DNA of 64,000 nt from Nitrosopumilus sp. (GCA_965214775.1 OZ243974.1:800001-864000), one strand, 5' to 3'. Counted from the first letter of the stretch, positions 38,310 to 49,284 are shown. Notes: generated by a model from the letters alone, not told the origin. Numbers and translations: made by a program.

Positions 38310-39644
38310 TTGAAATCGGTTTTTATCTTTGGTTTGTTTTCTGCAATGTCTTTTTTGCTTTTCAATCCCGTTTTTGCTCAAGAAGCGAATCTTGAAATGG
38401 ATTGGATTGTTGAAGGACAGATTAATGAGCAGGAAATTTCCCCTGAAGAAGCTGAAATTGTCTCATCTTATGAAAAGCTAATCAAAGAAGAAGAAGAACC
38501 AAAAAAACCGATCTATGACAGGTTTGTGACAAACAATCAGTATTCTGTTGGCGATCGCAAGATTACAATCGAGTCCGAAGAAGGACAAATGCTAAACGGG
38601 GTGATTATTGAGCAGCAAGAACTTCAAAAAGACAGTTTCAAGCACAAAATCAGGTATTATGACAGGTTTTCAGACGGTTATGTAGAGGTTGCAGAGGCGC
38701 TTTTAGACCCGATTGGAGAAAACAAGTATCTCATCGAGGGGCGTTCGCTTGATCATAATCCGAACTCAAATCTTGAGTTGTTTGTGATCGAAAGAGGCTA
38801 TTCCTTAGATGATCTTGAGGCAATTCCAAATGATATCTTCTCTCCCAAAGAATTCACGCTTGGACGGCAACTAATGCAAGAGTTCGAGGCAGCTGGAGAA
38901 GGGGGGGTTGATCTCAGACAGTATGCAGTTAACCACCTACATATGAACAAGGAGCAGATCCGAGAGAAAATGATAGAGTCATTCTCAAAACAAAGTTCTG
39001 AAATGTTTGCAGACATCATGGCAGGAAACACATTACAGTCCGAGTTAGAGTCCAAGGCAGGGGTTCCCGTATCTGTGCCTTTGAGAGAATCTCAAAGCAT
39101 CTTTGATAATTTCAAATTCGAGCAGCCTAAATTTGAAAGCACGCGATACGTACGTGATTCATTACAAGGCGGGCCAGTTGAGACTCTCCAGCCGGCCACG
39201 GACATGGAGGACAATCCATGGTTCATTCTAATTCCGGCAGCTGCCGGCCTGGCAATCTTTGGATACATGATGAAGAGAAAATTATCTCAAGGAACCACGG
39301 AAGAACCGCCATTGTTGTCTGCAACAGAACCCCGTGTAAAATACAAAGACATAACACAAGACATGCTGAATAATTCGTTGAGTCTTTACAATTCCAACAA
39401 ACAAAAGCAGGCATACAAAGTTCTAAGTCAGGCAATTAGATACTATTATTCGCAAGACCTGAAAATTTTCAGAGATATTACAAGCTTTGAATTGGCTGAC
39501 TTGATGAGGAAACAAAAGCCTTCAGACTATTCCAAGATCAGGAATTGGCTGTTGCTGTGCGGCAGTGTAGAATTTGCAAGGCATCCAACAGATGAGGCTG
39601 CCTTCAGAGATGCGTTGTCCCAATTCTCAAAGATCATATCATGA
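38310..39644 (+). CDS. Membrane protein of the MoxR operon with C-terminal DUF4129/DUF4381-like domain
   Basis: Signal peptide, TM helix, LSQAIRYYY...TSFE...VEFA. Confidence 0.65.
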   Translation: MKSVFIFGLFSAMSFLLFNPVFAQEANLEMDWIVEGQINEQEISPEEAEIVSSYEKLIKEEEEPKKPIYDRFVTNNQYSVGDRKITIESEEGQMLNGVIIEQQELQKDSFKHKIRYYDRFSDGYVEVAEALLDPIGENKYLIEGRSLDHNPNSNLELFVIERGYSLDDLEAIPNDIFSPKEFTLGRQLMQEFEAAGEGGVDLRQYAVNHLHMNKEQIREKMIESFSKQSSEMFADIMAGNTLQSELESKAGVPVSVPLRESQSIFDNFKFEQPKFESTRYVRDSLQGGPVETLQPATDMEDNPWFILIPAAAGLAIFGYMMKRKLSQGTTEEPPLLSATEPRVKYKDITQDMLNNSLSLYNSNKQKQAYKVLSQAIRYYYSQDLKIFRDITSFELADLMRKQKPSDYSKIRNWLLLCGSVEFARHPTDEAAFRDALSQFSKIIS

Positions 39645-39647
39645 TTC

Positions 39648-40979
39648 CTACCTGATTTCTATCTGACAGTTGTGAAAAACACCATTCCACTTGGTGTGGC
39701 CCAAGAACCTCTTTACTTCAAACTCTTCCAAGTCATAAAATGTTGTGCCTGTTTTGCCCAAAATGCCTCCATTTTTGTCATAAAATGAAACAATCAAATC
39801 CACCTGTTCTCGACTGATATTGTCATTGTTGTATTTCCCAGACACTGTCACTAGTCCAAAATCGTCTTTTGTACATGAAAAGTCTTCGACCCCCTGAACA
39901 GACGAGGTTTCAGGCTCGATGGACTTGGGAACGATTCTTTGTATTGGTTCTGTTTCTCCTACCGGCTCAGATGGGGCTTCCCTTTGCAAGGTTTTGTAGA
40001 GTTGCGTATTTACGCTGTCATTGTGATAAAAGTTTATTTTGTCCAGTATTTTTCCTGCGAATCTGGTTGTCGGCTCTGTTTTGTCTAGTTTGATTTCATT
40101 TTTATTGTAGTCATAGTGTTCGGCGTATTCATCAAAAATCACTACATGAAAAGCCATGTTCTCATAGCTGCATGAGGTCATTGCACCGTTGATTTTGTAA
40201 TCAAAAAAGCACTGAGAATTTTCATTTAGAACCGTTGATAAGTATGACGATTCAAAAATTGTTGAATTGTCATTTCTTTCAAACGAATTCCAGTAACTGT
40301 CAAGATCATTTTGATCATTGAATTCGGCAATTTGTAAAATCAACGAGGGGACTTTGAATTTGTAAAATGTTGGATCATATACCCTTGTAATATCAGTAAA
40401 CATGATTCTCACAGAGTCCGTTACCCCCTGCTTTTCTTCAAATCCATATTCAGTGGAAAGAACCCTCCATTTGGTTTCTTTAGTTATGCCGAGAATCTCT
40501 TTTTCTGTCAACAAGTATTTTTCAAGACTTGATTCAAATGCCTGCTCTTCATCAAGGTATCCTGTCTCTGGTGCATATTCCAGGTATCCGGATTCCCTCA
40601 GATAATGAACTGTTCCTAGGAATTGCTCATCGGTAATTTTTCCCTCGGTCCACCATTGTGCGCGATCTTTTGTCCAAATGGGAATTAATTCCGAATCTAC
40701 ATTTTGAGTGAGTTCTGGAATGTCTTTAACCACTATTTTGGAAGCATGTTTGAGATTTTTCTCATCTGCAATCTCAATTGGAAGAATGCCGTTGTTTAGC
40801 ACATTTTCAATCAATGCCAAGTATTCGGCATCTGTAATGCCTCCATTTACCCAGATTTCAGTTGATTGCCTAACCCACTGGGGAAAAATTGAATCGTTCT
40901 GGGCAAAGGCTTCTGTTTGAAATGAAATTAAAACCAGAGTCAGCACTAGTCCAATTAGAAGATCAGAACAAGTTTTCAC
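39648..40979 (-). CDS. Surface protein with two N-terminal PxW domains
   Basis: Signal peptide; FPQWVR..W..GGITDAEY. Confidence 0.75.
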   Translation of the reverse strand: MKTCSDLLIGLVLTLVLISFQTEAFAQNDSIFPQWVRQSTEIWVNGGITDAEYLALIENVLNNGILPIEIADEKNLKHASKIVVKDIPELTQNVDSELIPIWTKDRAQWWTEGKITDEQFLGTVHYLRESGYLEYAPETGYLDEEQAFESSLEKYLLTEKEILGITKETKWRVLSTEYGFEEKQGVTDSVRIMFTDITRVYDPTFYKFKVPSLILQIAEFNDQNDLDSYWNSFERNDNSTIFESSYLSTVLNENSQCFFDYKINGAMTSCSYENMAFHVVIFDEYAEHYDYNKNEIKLDKTEPTTRFAGKILDKINFYHNDSVNTQLYKTLQREAPSEPVGETEPIQRIVPKSIEPETSSVQGVEDFSCTKDDFGLVTVSGKYNNDNISREQVDLIVSFYDKNGGILGKTGTTFYDLEEFEVKRFLGHTKWNGVFHNCQIEIR

Positions 40980-41077
40980 GATCCGTGGTTTGTCTTTTAA
41001 AATAAATAAATAATTGGTACATTTCTCGAATGGACCATTCCTTTTTTATTCAAAACTGAGTCTTGAAGAGCACCAAC

Positions 41078-42868
41078 ATGCACAAGAACTTACAATTATT
41101 TGCAGTCATGGTTTTTGCAGGAGTTTTGGTTACTTCAGTTCCCATGCAATCCGGATTTTCAGATACTGGATTTTCCAACGTAAAGAAGGCAACAGGCATA
41201 ATTATGAAGTTCTGTGAAAATCACGCGATTGTTCTAAATGATTGCATAGAAAAATATGACGGCTATACTTGGACTGACAGAGTTAATGTATTGATTTGGG
41301 CTCCGGGCTGGAATAATGATTCTGATAGTATAGATAAAATTGGCGAATCCGAAGGCACACCAATTACTGTTTCTACTAGAGCCGAATCAGTCGATACTGC
41401 AGTCTTTACCGAAACCGGCCCAGACACGGGAGTTTTCTTTGGCGTTGTAAAGTTATCTGGTCAGCATTTCACTGTTCATGATGAAAATGGCTCTGAGGTC
41501 AAGGGACACGGACATTTGTCAAGCAATTATGGAACCATTGTCAGTTCAGACTGTAGGGATCCAAATGAATCATCAGGAGGGCATAGTCACGGGTTTTTAA
41601 TTCCATTAATCAAGTTACAACATTTACTATTCTCAGCAGTCATGTATGATTTCATTCCAAATGCACATGGTCAGATGCATGGCGGTGATGACATGCATGG
41701 CGGTGATGACATGCATGGCGGTGATGACATGCATGGCGGTGATGACATGCATGGCGGTGATGACATGCATGGCGGTGATGACATGCATGGCGGTGATGAC
41801 ATGCATGGCGGTGATGACATGCATGGCGGTGATGACATGACAGATATTCCTACCTGTTCGAACAAGGGAGTTATTGGAAGCGCATTAGATGTTGCAGTTA
41901 GAGTTCCAACGGATTTACAAAATGGCGCAGTAACTGTTTCATGGGAGCCAAATGAGGACACTATAATTACCAAGACAGCAACTTGGGAATGGAGAACCGG
42001 AGAGATTTACTTTCAGAAAGATATGTACACAGTTGACGAATCGATAAAATTCACATTACATGATGCAGATTTATGGATTCATCACGCAGATTTCTTTACT
42101 TATTGGATGCGTGTGTATTCTGACAGCGATCAGGCAGGAATTTTCGTTCCAGTGCAATTCCAACCAAATCATGATCATGGAACTGAACCTGCATACGAAG
42201 GCGTGACTCAGAAACTGACTGAACCGGCCGCCTCATCACTTACAAAGTATACCCCTGATGGCGAATACAAGATCTACTTTTGGTGGCAACCAGGCGGCGT
42301 AATAGGTGTCGACCAAGATTATGACCTAAACATCATGGTTCATGACGGAATGACAGACATTCATCAAACACATCTTAGCTATGATATGGAAATTTATCTT
42401 AATGGCCAACTGATAGATGTTAGAGAAGATAGGTTCTCCGGTGACGGCCAAGGAATCGAAACGGTAAACTTTGCCGAAAGAGGCTCTGCAAAAGTTATCA
42501 TCAAGAACATCTTTGGAAATGACGTTGAACAAGATTTCTCCTTCCAAGTTGCCCCTGAAGCAATAATTGAAGAACTTGTTCCAAGACATCATGCATTTGA
42601 TACCCCCGTTGACGAATATGAAGGACGATATGGTGCTCACTACATTAACGTACTTGAGGGTGAATTCTATGTAACCCTTGAAGACGCTTCGTCAGAGCAA
42701 GACAGGCTCAGAGTCAATAATGGCGACACGATCACAGTAGAGTATGTCGACTTGACCTTGCCAGAGCCGTACACTTCTGCAGATTCGGTTGATATTCAGG
42801 CAACGACAACGGTTTATGATGTAAAGAACCCATTTGCCAAGGTTTCTGCAGAAAATACCTCCTCATAA
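41078..42868 (+). CDS. SlaA-related surface protein with His/Met-rich inserts
   Basis: YTWTD...ETGPDTGVF and LRVNNGDTITVEYVDLTLPEPY align to the SlaA C-terminal modules. Confidence 0.8.
   Translation: MHKNLQLFAVMVFAGVLVTSVPMQSGFSDTGFSNVKKATGIIMKFCENHAIVLNDCIEKYDGYTWTDRVNVLIWAPGWNNDSDSIDKIGESEGTPITVSTRAESVDTAVFTETGPDTGVFFGVVKLSGQHFTVHDENGSEVKGHGHLSSNYGTIVSSDCRDPNESSGGHSHGFLIPLIKLQHLLFSAVMYDFIPNAHGQMHGGDDMHGGDDMHGGDDMHGGDDMHGGDDMHGGDDMHGGDDMHGGDDMHGGDDMTDIPTCSNKGVIGSALDVAVRVPTDLQNGAVTVSWEPNEDTIITKTATWEWRTGEIYFQKDMYTVDESIKFTLHDADLWIHHADFFTYWMRVYSDSDQAGIFVPVQFQPNHDHGTEPAYEGVTQKLTEPAASSLTKYTPDGEYKIYFWWQPGGVIGVDQDYDLNIMVHDGMTDIHQTHLSYDMEIYLNGQLIDVREDRFSGDGQGIETVNFAERGSAKVIIKNIFGNDVEQDFSFQVAPEAIIEELVPRHHAFDTPVDEYEGRYGAHYINVLEGEFYVTLEDASSEQDRLRVNNGDTITVEYVDLTLPEPYTSADSVDIQATTTVYDVKNPFAKVSAENTSS
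41675..41836 (+). repeat. 18-bp perfect tandem repeat, nine copies (MHGGDD)
   Basis: ATGCATGGCGGTGATGAC x9. Confidence 0.97.
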
Positions 42869-42910
42869 ATAATCAAGGCACCCGCCGAGTCCAACAGATG
42901 AGGGAACGAA

Positions 42911-43210
42911 ATGTATTCAAGAAACAAAACCCAACATTGTCTCGATTACATCTTAAATTTCAATTCCAACGCAGGCAAAGAAGAATGCATGCGACGGTGG
43001 TTCAATGGGCAAATCAATGAACCAGAGTTTGCAAAGGGAATCGGATGTTTGGTTCAAGAAAGAATTATTGGTGTTAAGAAAACTGGTGAACTAACAAAAG
43101 AAGTTGGTGATGCAAACATTACATCTGTTCCAATACGGGTTGGAAATAATGCGGCATGATGGAGGTCTGAGAGTCAATTGACTGGTGTCGACTTTGCAAA
43201 CGGAACCAAA
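42911..43210 (+). pseudogene. Degenerate PxWIKNNA-domain remnant
   Basis: WFNGQINEPEFAKGIGCLV; VPIRVGNNAA*W with an in-frame stop. Confidence 0.55.
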
Positions 43211-43278
43211 TGCTTGATTTCAGCAGGTCCAATCAATCAAAGTTTAAAACATTTATTGAGTTCAAGTCATTTTGTCAA

Positions 43279-45180
43279 ATGAATCAAATGAAAACAAAGT
43301 CTCTGATTTTTTCTTTGTTTGTTTTATTTGCAATCAGTACAATACAAACCGCCTCTGCCGGCGGGTCAGGAAGTGAGCAGAGTGACGTTTTATTCATCAA
43401 TGACAGTTACTACAAAGTCGGATTAGAGACAGAGCCATCTGTCTTGGAGGGAAATGAAGAATTTGTCGTGTTCAATATTTCAACAATTAACGATGACACC
43501 CAAGAAATAATCTCCAATGTCAAATACAAAGTTGAGATTTTTGATACCAGTAATAATAATAATCTGATTGTCAATTACACTGCTTTTTCGCCTGATGACA
43601 AGCTGCATTCAAGAATTGTTCCTAATTCCGAGATTCGCTTTACAGGAGAATCTATTGGGGATGGTTCCTGGCTAGCATCAGGTGATTCCCCACTAGTAGT
43701 TGATGCCCCGTTATTTCAACAAGGAGGCCTGGTCGATGTTTTTGTCACAATTTTATCAATTGATTCTGAACCTGTCTCGGGAGCAAACACCACATTTCAA
43801 ATTCGATTTACGATGGGCGAATTCATCCCGTTTTCTGTAGAGATTGATGGCACCCAAGCGAGTCTGATGTTTGCCACATATTTTGAAGATATTGAGCAGT
43901 TCCATTTTGATGAGAACGAAAAAAAGCTGACTGCATTCATGCCGTTTGATTGGAACAAAGAATTTATCGAATCCATTCCGTTTGTTCATGCCGAATATTA
44001 CATTCCAAAAACCATAGACATGTTTGAAAATCATGAAATCGTTTTGACTGTAAATGATATTCCGTATTTTGGAACAATTGATCGTTCTGGTGATGAAGAA
44101 ACGGTGATTCATTTTTTGCTTTCTTCTTCAAAACTATTGAAAATGATTGGTGATATTCCTGCTGAACAACGAGGTGTGATGACTTTTGGGATTGAACCCG
44201 GAAAAGCTAGGGAAGTTCAAAAATCCGACGCGTCTCTTGAGGATGGCGATAAGATGATTTTATTATCCACCGAAGAAGATTGGAAGTTTCATCTATCGCT
44301 ATCTCCTGCCGGAAAGATAAATCCCAAAGAACAAATCACGTTAAATTTAGAATTTCATGATCCTGTTACAAATTCCATAATTCCTCAGATTACCTATGAC
44401 ATTGATGTTTTTCTAAATGGAAAAATTATCGAGTCTAGAGTCGGACAAGAGACTCCTGACGGAGTTGATGCAATCAAGGTCACGTTTGACAAAGTAGGGG
44501 CCGTAATTGTTAGAATTTCCAATGTAAATAATTTTGATACCTCGGGCCAGTTTTCATTCAAGGTCACCGAGCCAAAAAGTGAGCCGATGGTGGTGGCGGT
44601 TCCAGATGATCAACATGTTGATATTGCCAAGGGAACTTCCCTTCCCGGATGTGAAAAAGACGATTCGTGTTATTTGCCATCATCAATAACAATTCAAACA
44701 AACGAGGTTGTTTGGTGGTACAATCTGGATGATGTCGCACATACGGTTACTTCGGGAAGCCCCAGTGGGGGGCCATCCGGTATTTTTGACAGCAGTGTTG
44801 TTGCCGGAGGCAAAACCTTCTCGTTCGAATTTGAAGGTAAAGGCACTTTTGATTACTTTTGCTCCCTTCATCCTTGGATGACAGGCACTGTAATTGTAAG
44901 AGGCGATTCTGAGCCCGGCGTGCCTGAATGGATAAAAAACAACGCCAAATGGTGGGGAGAAGGACAAATCAATGACTCAGATTTTGCAGCGGGACTAGAA
45001 TTTTTAGTTAAAGAAAATGTAATCAATGTTTCAAAAAGTACCAAGGCTGAATCGTCTGAGGACTCGATTCCTGCCTGGCTTAGAAATACCGCAAAATGGT
45101 GGGCCGATGACTTGCTGTCCGACTCTGAATTCCTTCGAGGAGTCGAGTGGATGATAAAAAATGGAATCATTACGGTGTAA
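43279..45180 (+). CDS. Surface protein with cupredoxin domain and two PxW domains
   Basis: AHTVTSG...YFCSLHPWM; core paralogous to 25128 and 27091. Confidence 0.88.
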   Translation: MNQMKTKSLIFSLFVLFAISTIQTASAGGSGSEQSDVLFINDSYYKVGLETEPSVLEGNEEFVVFNISTINDDTQEIISNVKYKVEIFDTSNNNNLIVNYTAFSPDDKLHSRIVPNSEIRFTGESIGDGSWLASGDSPLVVDAPLFQQGGLVDVFVTILSIDSEPVSGANTTFQIRFTMGEFIPFSVEIDGTQASLMFATYFEDIEQFHFDENEKKLTAFMPFDWNKEFIESIPFVHAEYYIPKTIDMFENHEIVLTVNDIPYFGTIDRSGDEETVIHFLLSSSKLLKMIGDIPAEQRGVMTFGIEPGKAREVQKSDASLEDGDKMILLSTEEDWKFHLSLSPAGKINPKEQITLNLEFHDPVTNSIIPQITYDIDVFLNGKIIESRVGQETPDGVDAIKVTFDKVGAVIVRISNVNNFDTSGQFSFKVTEPKSEPMVVAVPDDQHVDIAKGTSLPGCEKDDSCYLPSSITIQTNEVVWWYNLDDVAHTVTSGSPSGGPSGIFDSSVVAGGKTFSFEFEGKGTFDYFCSLHPWMTGTVIVRGDSEPGVPEWIKNNAKWWGEGQINDSDFAAGLEFLVKENVINVSKSTKAESSEDSIPAWLRNTAKWWADDLLSDSEFLRGVEWMIKNGIITV

Positions 45181-45370
45181 AATTCTAGTACATTTTAGAA
45201 ATGAACCAATTTTGTTTTTATCAACTTTGTCGAATTGCCAGTATGCAGGCCATAGTTTGATGAGAAACGTGGCAGAGTCATCTTGCTTGCCCGTTTCTCA
45301 TTTTTTTGATAAATTTGTAACAATTCTTGAATAATGTTATTATACAAATTTTTATCAGTTCAATCATCTG

Positions 45371-46129
45371 ATGCTTCCACTACGAGATGAAAATCCTCAT
45401 CCCCCAGGATTCAAACCCAAAGTAACAATTTCGTTAATCATCATTAATGTCGCAGTCTTCATTATGGAGATAGCAATAACCGGTCAATTCTGGGAGTTTT
45501 CAAATCAAAGGGCGGCATACATGTTTTTTGATTGGGGTGCAGTTCCTTCCTGTGTAACGGGATTTTCATCCATGATACAGCCAGGAATCGCGTGTCCGGA
45601 CATGCCATACATTTCCTTGCTTAGTTCCATGTTTATGCACGGAGGATTGATGCACTTGGGTGGCAATATGCTGTTTTTGTGGATATTTGGAGATAACATC
45701 GAACTGAAATTCGGCAAGGCAAAATTCCTTTTAATTTATCTCGGATGGGGGGTAGGTGCAGGACTTGCACATATTGTGTTAGACCCAGCAAGTTCTATTC
45801 CCGCAGTCGGTGCTTCGGGAGCAATCTCCGGGGTGCTGGGTGCATACTTGGCAATCTATCCCAAAGTTAGGATCACGACCTTTCTCATGCTGGGATTTTT
45901 CTGGAGAATGATGCACATCCAAGCACGATGGTTCCTGCCTTTCTGGCTGGTCTTTCAAAACCTGCTGCCTTTTTTCATAGGGGGCTTTGGTGTAGCAGGT
46001 GGCGGCGTAGCTTACATGGCACACATTGGAGGATTTGCAATAGGATTTGCCACGGGATATCTGTACAAGAAAGCCCATAGTGCCGAGTTTACATATGGAA
46101 CACGCTATGGATACAGGCCAGACTATTGA
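45371..46129 (+). CDS. Rhomboid intramembrane serine protease
   Basis: HLGGNM, GASGA and AHIGG motifs. Confidence 0.95.
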   Translation: MLPLRDENPHPPGFKPKVTISLIIINVAVFIMEIAITGQFWEFSNQRAAYMFFDWGAVPSCVTGFSSMIQPGIACPDMPYISLLSSMFMHGGLMHLGGNMLFLWIFGDNIELKFGKAKFLLIYLGWGVGAGLAHIVLDPASSIPAVGASGAISGVLGAYLAIYPKVRITTFLMLGFFWRMMHIQARWFLPFWLVFQNLLPFFIGGFGVAGGGVAYMAHIGGFAIGFATGYLYKKAHSAEFTYGTRYGYRPDY

Positions 46130-46161
46130 AAGAATAAATCGCCGTAAACTTTTGGTAAGTT

Positions 46162-46338
46162 ATGCCATTGATTACAGTTTCAATGTATCCTGGAAGAACT
46201 CAGGAACAAAAAAACGAGTACGCAAAAGCAATCACAAAGGCCGCAGTCGACATTCTTAAAACAAAGGAAAACCACGTTATTGTTGTCTTTGAAGACAATC
46301 CAAAAGAAAATTGGTTTTTGGCGGGAAACCAGCTTTAA
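46162..46338 (+). CDS. 4-oxalocrotonate tautomerase-family protein (58 aa, not in the ORF track)
   Basis: MPLITVSMYPGRTQEQK...ENWFLAG; Pro-1. Confidence 0.88.
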   Translation: MPLITVSMYPGRTQEQKNEYAKAITKAAVDILKTKENHVIVVFEDNPKENWFLAGNQL

Positions 46339-46836
46339 TTCTTTTTAAAATGATCATGCTCCGTCAAAGCATGCGGCCACCTGTTCCTTGACTGTTGGAC
46401 TTTGTTCGTAATCGACCCGAATGAGACGAATTTGTTCGTAATAGTCCCAGATGTGAACCGATTACGCATAAAGTCATTTGTAGGCATTTTGATCTGTTTG
46501 ATGGAGGTCCATTCATGCATGATCCGATTGCCAATTTCGAATCAACTCCCTTGCATAACCCGGCAACTCGATAAACCATCCATGACAGTCAGGCGTTCTA
46601 CTGCCATTCTGCTGTGACCCATGGCCTCTAGTTGCATGCAGGTCACCAATAACACCCCATGACAATGACCTGTCATCTCCTCGGACTGGCTTTCGTCGTA
46701 TTGACTCCACCAGGCCACGAGAACGATGGCAAGAACGTGAGATCCAAAGCTGTTCTTATGAGACAATATCGATCAGCCTGTCATTTGTTATACAAAGCAA
46801 ATGATCAGACTGGAAAACCCAGTCCAAGTATTATAT

Positions 46837-46957
46837 CAGTCTTCCCAGAAGTAACCAGGAAAACGGCTCCAATCTTGAAACATCTCAAACTAGGCTTCCT
46901 GCAGATCCACACATTGCCGTCTCCGCCGACACGGGTCGTGTACATCTGGGAAGACTG
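46837..46957. mobile_element. ISH3-like MITE (121 bp; TIR CAGTCTTCCCAGA), copy 1
   Basis: TIR matches the IS end at 63926-63940; homolog at 49837. Confidence 0.85.
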
Positions 46958-47265
46958 AGAAATAAGAAAAGTATTAAAGGGCTATGTGCCTTTTACAAAT
47001 GTGTCTAGATCACAATCTGAACTAGCTGTTTTTGGCAGGATTTCCAAAGAGAAAATTATTGAACTTTGTGATTTTTTTAGCAATGAAATACCATACGTGC
47101 CACCAGACTTGTCTAAATTAAAAAGGATTTTAGGAAATGGATTTGTGATGGATGATATTGCGGAATTAGGAGCCGCATTTTATAACTTCGTCATAGGAAA
47201 ACGTAACCCAGAAAAAATCTTTGAAATCATCGATATGTCAAAATTAGATGCAGACAAAAAGAGCG

Positions 47266-48400
47266 TAGTATCTACGTCAGCCATTTGTTCATCTTTACCA
47301 CCTTTATCTCGCCCCTGCGCGTCATACTGCGCAGTGATCTCTGCATCTCCTTGACGGTCTTGTAAAGGCAGTTTGAAGTCGCCTTTTTGAACCCGCGCCA
47401 CTGCCCCTCCGAGTTGTTAAGATCCGGCGCGTACGGCGGCAGGTACTTTAGCACCACGTCCCCGTTCCACTTGGCCATCTTTCTATTGAGTTCTGCTGAC
47501 TTGTGGTACGATGCGTTGTCGACAAACAACAACACCTTGCCGTACTTGCGGCGCAGTGTCCTGAGAAACTTGTAGAACGTTCCCGTGTTGGCCTTTTCGT
47601 AAAAGCGATAGTCAAACCTGTTTCTTGAGAGGGCCCCTATGACATAGAACCGCTTCCTAGACAGGCTGACGGGCGTATAGACCGGCTCTCCTACGGGGTA
47701 CCAGCTGTTCTTGACGTTCCATCCCAGTATGAACATGGACTCGTCGCCTATCATTACCGTGTACCCCTTTTTTGAATAGTACTTTGCGCTCTGCCTAGCT
47801 TTTTTTTTGAACTCCTTTTTCTCGGATTCTGAGGCTGATTTTGGGTGTTTTGGCCTGGGCTTTCTGCATGAGAAGCCGATTCTGTGCAGCAGGTCGTACA
47901 TGCTCGTTTCTGCATACGTGATGCCGAACTTCTTTTTGACGTGGGCAATGACCAGCGGCCCTGTCCATGTTGTGGCCTTAAAGCCGCAGTTGTCCGGGCC
48001 CTTGATCAGGTCTGCGCGCAGCCGTTCAAGCTGTTTCTTGTCGAGCCTGCACGGGGCGCCATGCTTTATGTCAAACCTGCCCTCCAGGCCATGCTTGTGC
48101 GCACGCACCAGCCAGTATCGTACGGTTCCATACGGCCTGCTCAGCTTCTCGGCAATATCATATATGCTCGCGCCGCACTTTCTCATGTGGTATGCAAGGA
48201 GCCGGATTGCCGCCTTGGCGTCCTTCTCGGACTTGTGCATCCTAAAAAGCTCGTCCTTGCTTGCTATCCCGTACAGGAACGCTGTTCCCGTCGGTAATTC
48301 CTTCTTTCCTTTCATGTGTATATATGGGACTAATAGCTCTTAGATCCTTTGGTTGAAAAAAATTGTCCTTTTTGTGATCAATTGGTAGCCGAGGATACTA
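47266..48400 (-). mobile_element. IS630 type B, copy 2 (1135 bp), flanked by CG
   Basis: Near-identical to 9081-10215. Confidence 0.95.
47272..48315 (-). CDS. IS630 transposase
   Basis: One amino-acid difference (E/D) from copy 1. Confidence 0.95.
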   Translation of the reverse strand: MKGKKELPTGTAFLYGIASKDELFRMHKSEKDAKAAIRLLAYHMRKCGASIYDIAEKLSRPYGTVRYWLVRAHKHGLEGRFDIKHGAPCRLDKKQLERLRADLIKGPDNCGFKATTWTGPLVIAHVKKKFGITYAETSMYDLLHRIGFSCRKPRPKHPKSASESEKKEFKKKARQSAKYYSKKGYTVMIGDESMFILGWNVKNSWYPVGEPVYTPVSLSRKRFYVIGALSRNRFDYRFYEKANTGTFYKFLRTLRRKYGKVLLFVDNASYHKSAELNRKMAKWNGDVVLKYLPPYAPDLNNSEGQWRGFKKATSNCLYKTVKEMQRSLRSMTRRGEIKVVKMNKWLT

Positions 48401-48741
48401 CGTGCTAAAGGAAGCTGTGAAAAAAATCCATGCTGAAACTGATTTAGACAAAGTATCCACCAGTATCACCTCTGAATTTTTGAGAGTATTCGGGTATCCA
48501 CACGTCCATCGGATTGGCACTGTGACCGAGTTCAGACCCATCTCCAGAGACAAAGGCATTACAAAAATTGTTCCCTCTTTGATTGTAAGCGTAAATATTC
48601 ATGATTTGGACACTGATAAAACAGTCAACTTTCAGCTTGGGTTAAAGGAGGTCGAAGAATTTGTCGAGGAATTAAATAAAGGGGCCCGCTCATTAAAAAT
48701 TGAAATGCAGGATCTTCGAGATAAGTTTGGTGAGGATATAA

Positions 48742-49284
48742 TTGATTAGATGTATTTGGAACGAGTTGAATGATAAGCCTCATAAAAGAAAAAACAGTGA
48801 CATTAAACTGTGGGATTATTTAGATGAGCATGACGTTCATTTGCCTAGTCAATACATAAAAAAACGGAATACGATTTTGACACATCGTGCCTATTCCACC
48901 AAAAAAATATGCCATTTTCAACTGCACGCACTACATGATCAAAAAATATGGTTTGACAAAACACCGCCTTTATGTGATTATGAACGCTTTAAAGAGTTCT
49001 CAGGATTGCGGACTAGTGTTTTTACAACGCCAAATGACCCACCAAATAATGAAAACGTAGAAAACAAAAATGCGTTTGAAGACTTTCTCAGAGCCCATTT
49101 GGATGATCCGGCGTATAAAAATAAATTTATTGCATTTGTTAATGGAAAATTTCAGGCTGTCGGGGACAAAAGAAATGCGTTAATTGATGAAATGTATGAC
49201 AAGTTTGGCAATGTAGACATGTACGTAGACAAGGTTACGGATCACAAGCAGGTTATTCTAATAGACACTCCTGAATTTAATTGA
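48742..49284 (+). CDS. DUF5678-like protein containing an in-frame MITE
   Basis: YKNKFIAFVNGKFQAVGD...MYVDKV. Confidence 0.65.
   Translation: MIRCIWNELNDKPHKRKNSDIKLWDYLDEHDVHLPSQYIKKRNTILTHRAYSTKKICHFQLHALHDQKIWFDKTPPLCDYERFKEFSGLRTSVFTTPNDPPNNENVENKNAFEDFLRAHLDDPAYKNKFIAFVNGKFQAVGDKRNALIDEMYDKFGNVDMYVDKVTDHKQVILIDTPEFN
48846..48933. mobile_element. 88-bp TAGT...ACTA MITE, copy 2
   Basis: Homologous to 33788-33875. Confidence 0.75.

Larger units (their letters stand above)
46986..48749 (+). pseudogene. Hypothetical protein split by IS630
   Basis: Removing the IS joins DKKS-VLKEAV in frame. Confidence 0.82.

Noticed and set aside
41675-41836. 18-bp repeats as CRISPR or iterons
   Set aside because: No spacers; coding repeat.
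46340-46830. Several short overlapping ORFs
   Set aside because: No recognisable motifs; probably decayed sequence.
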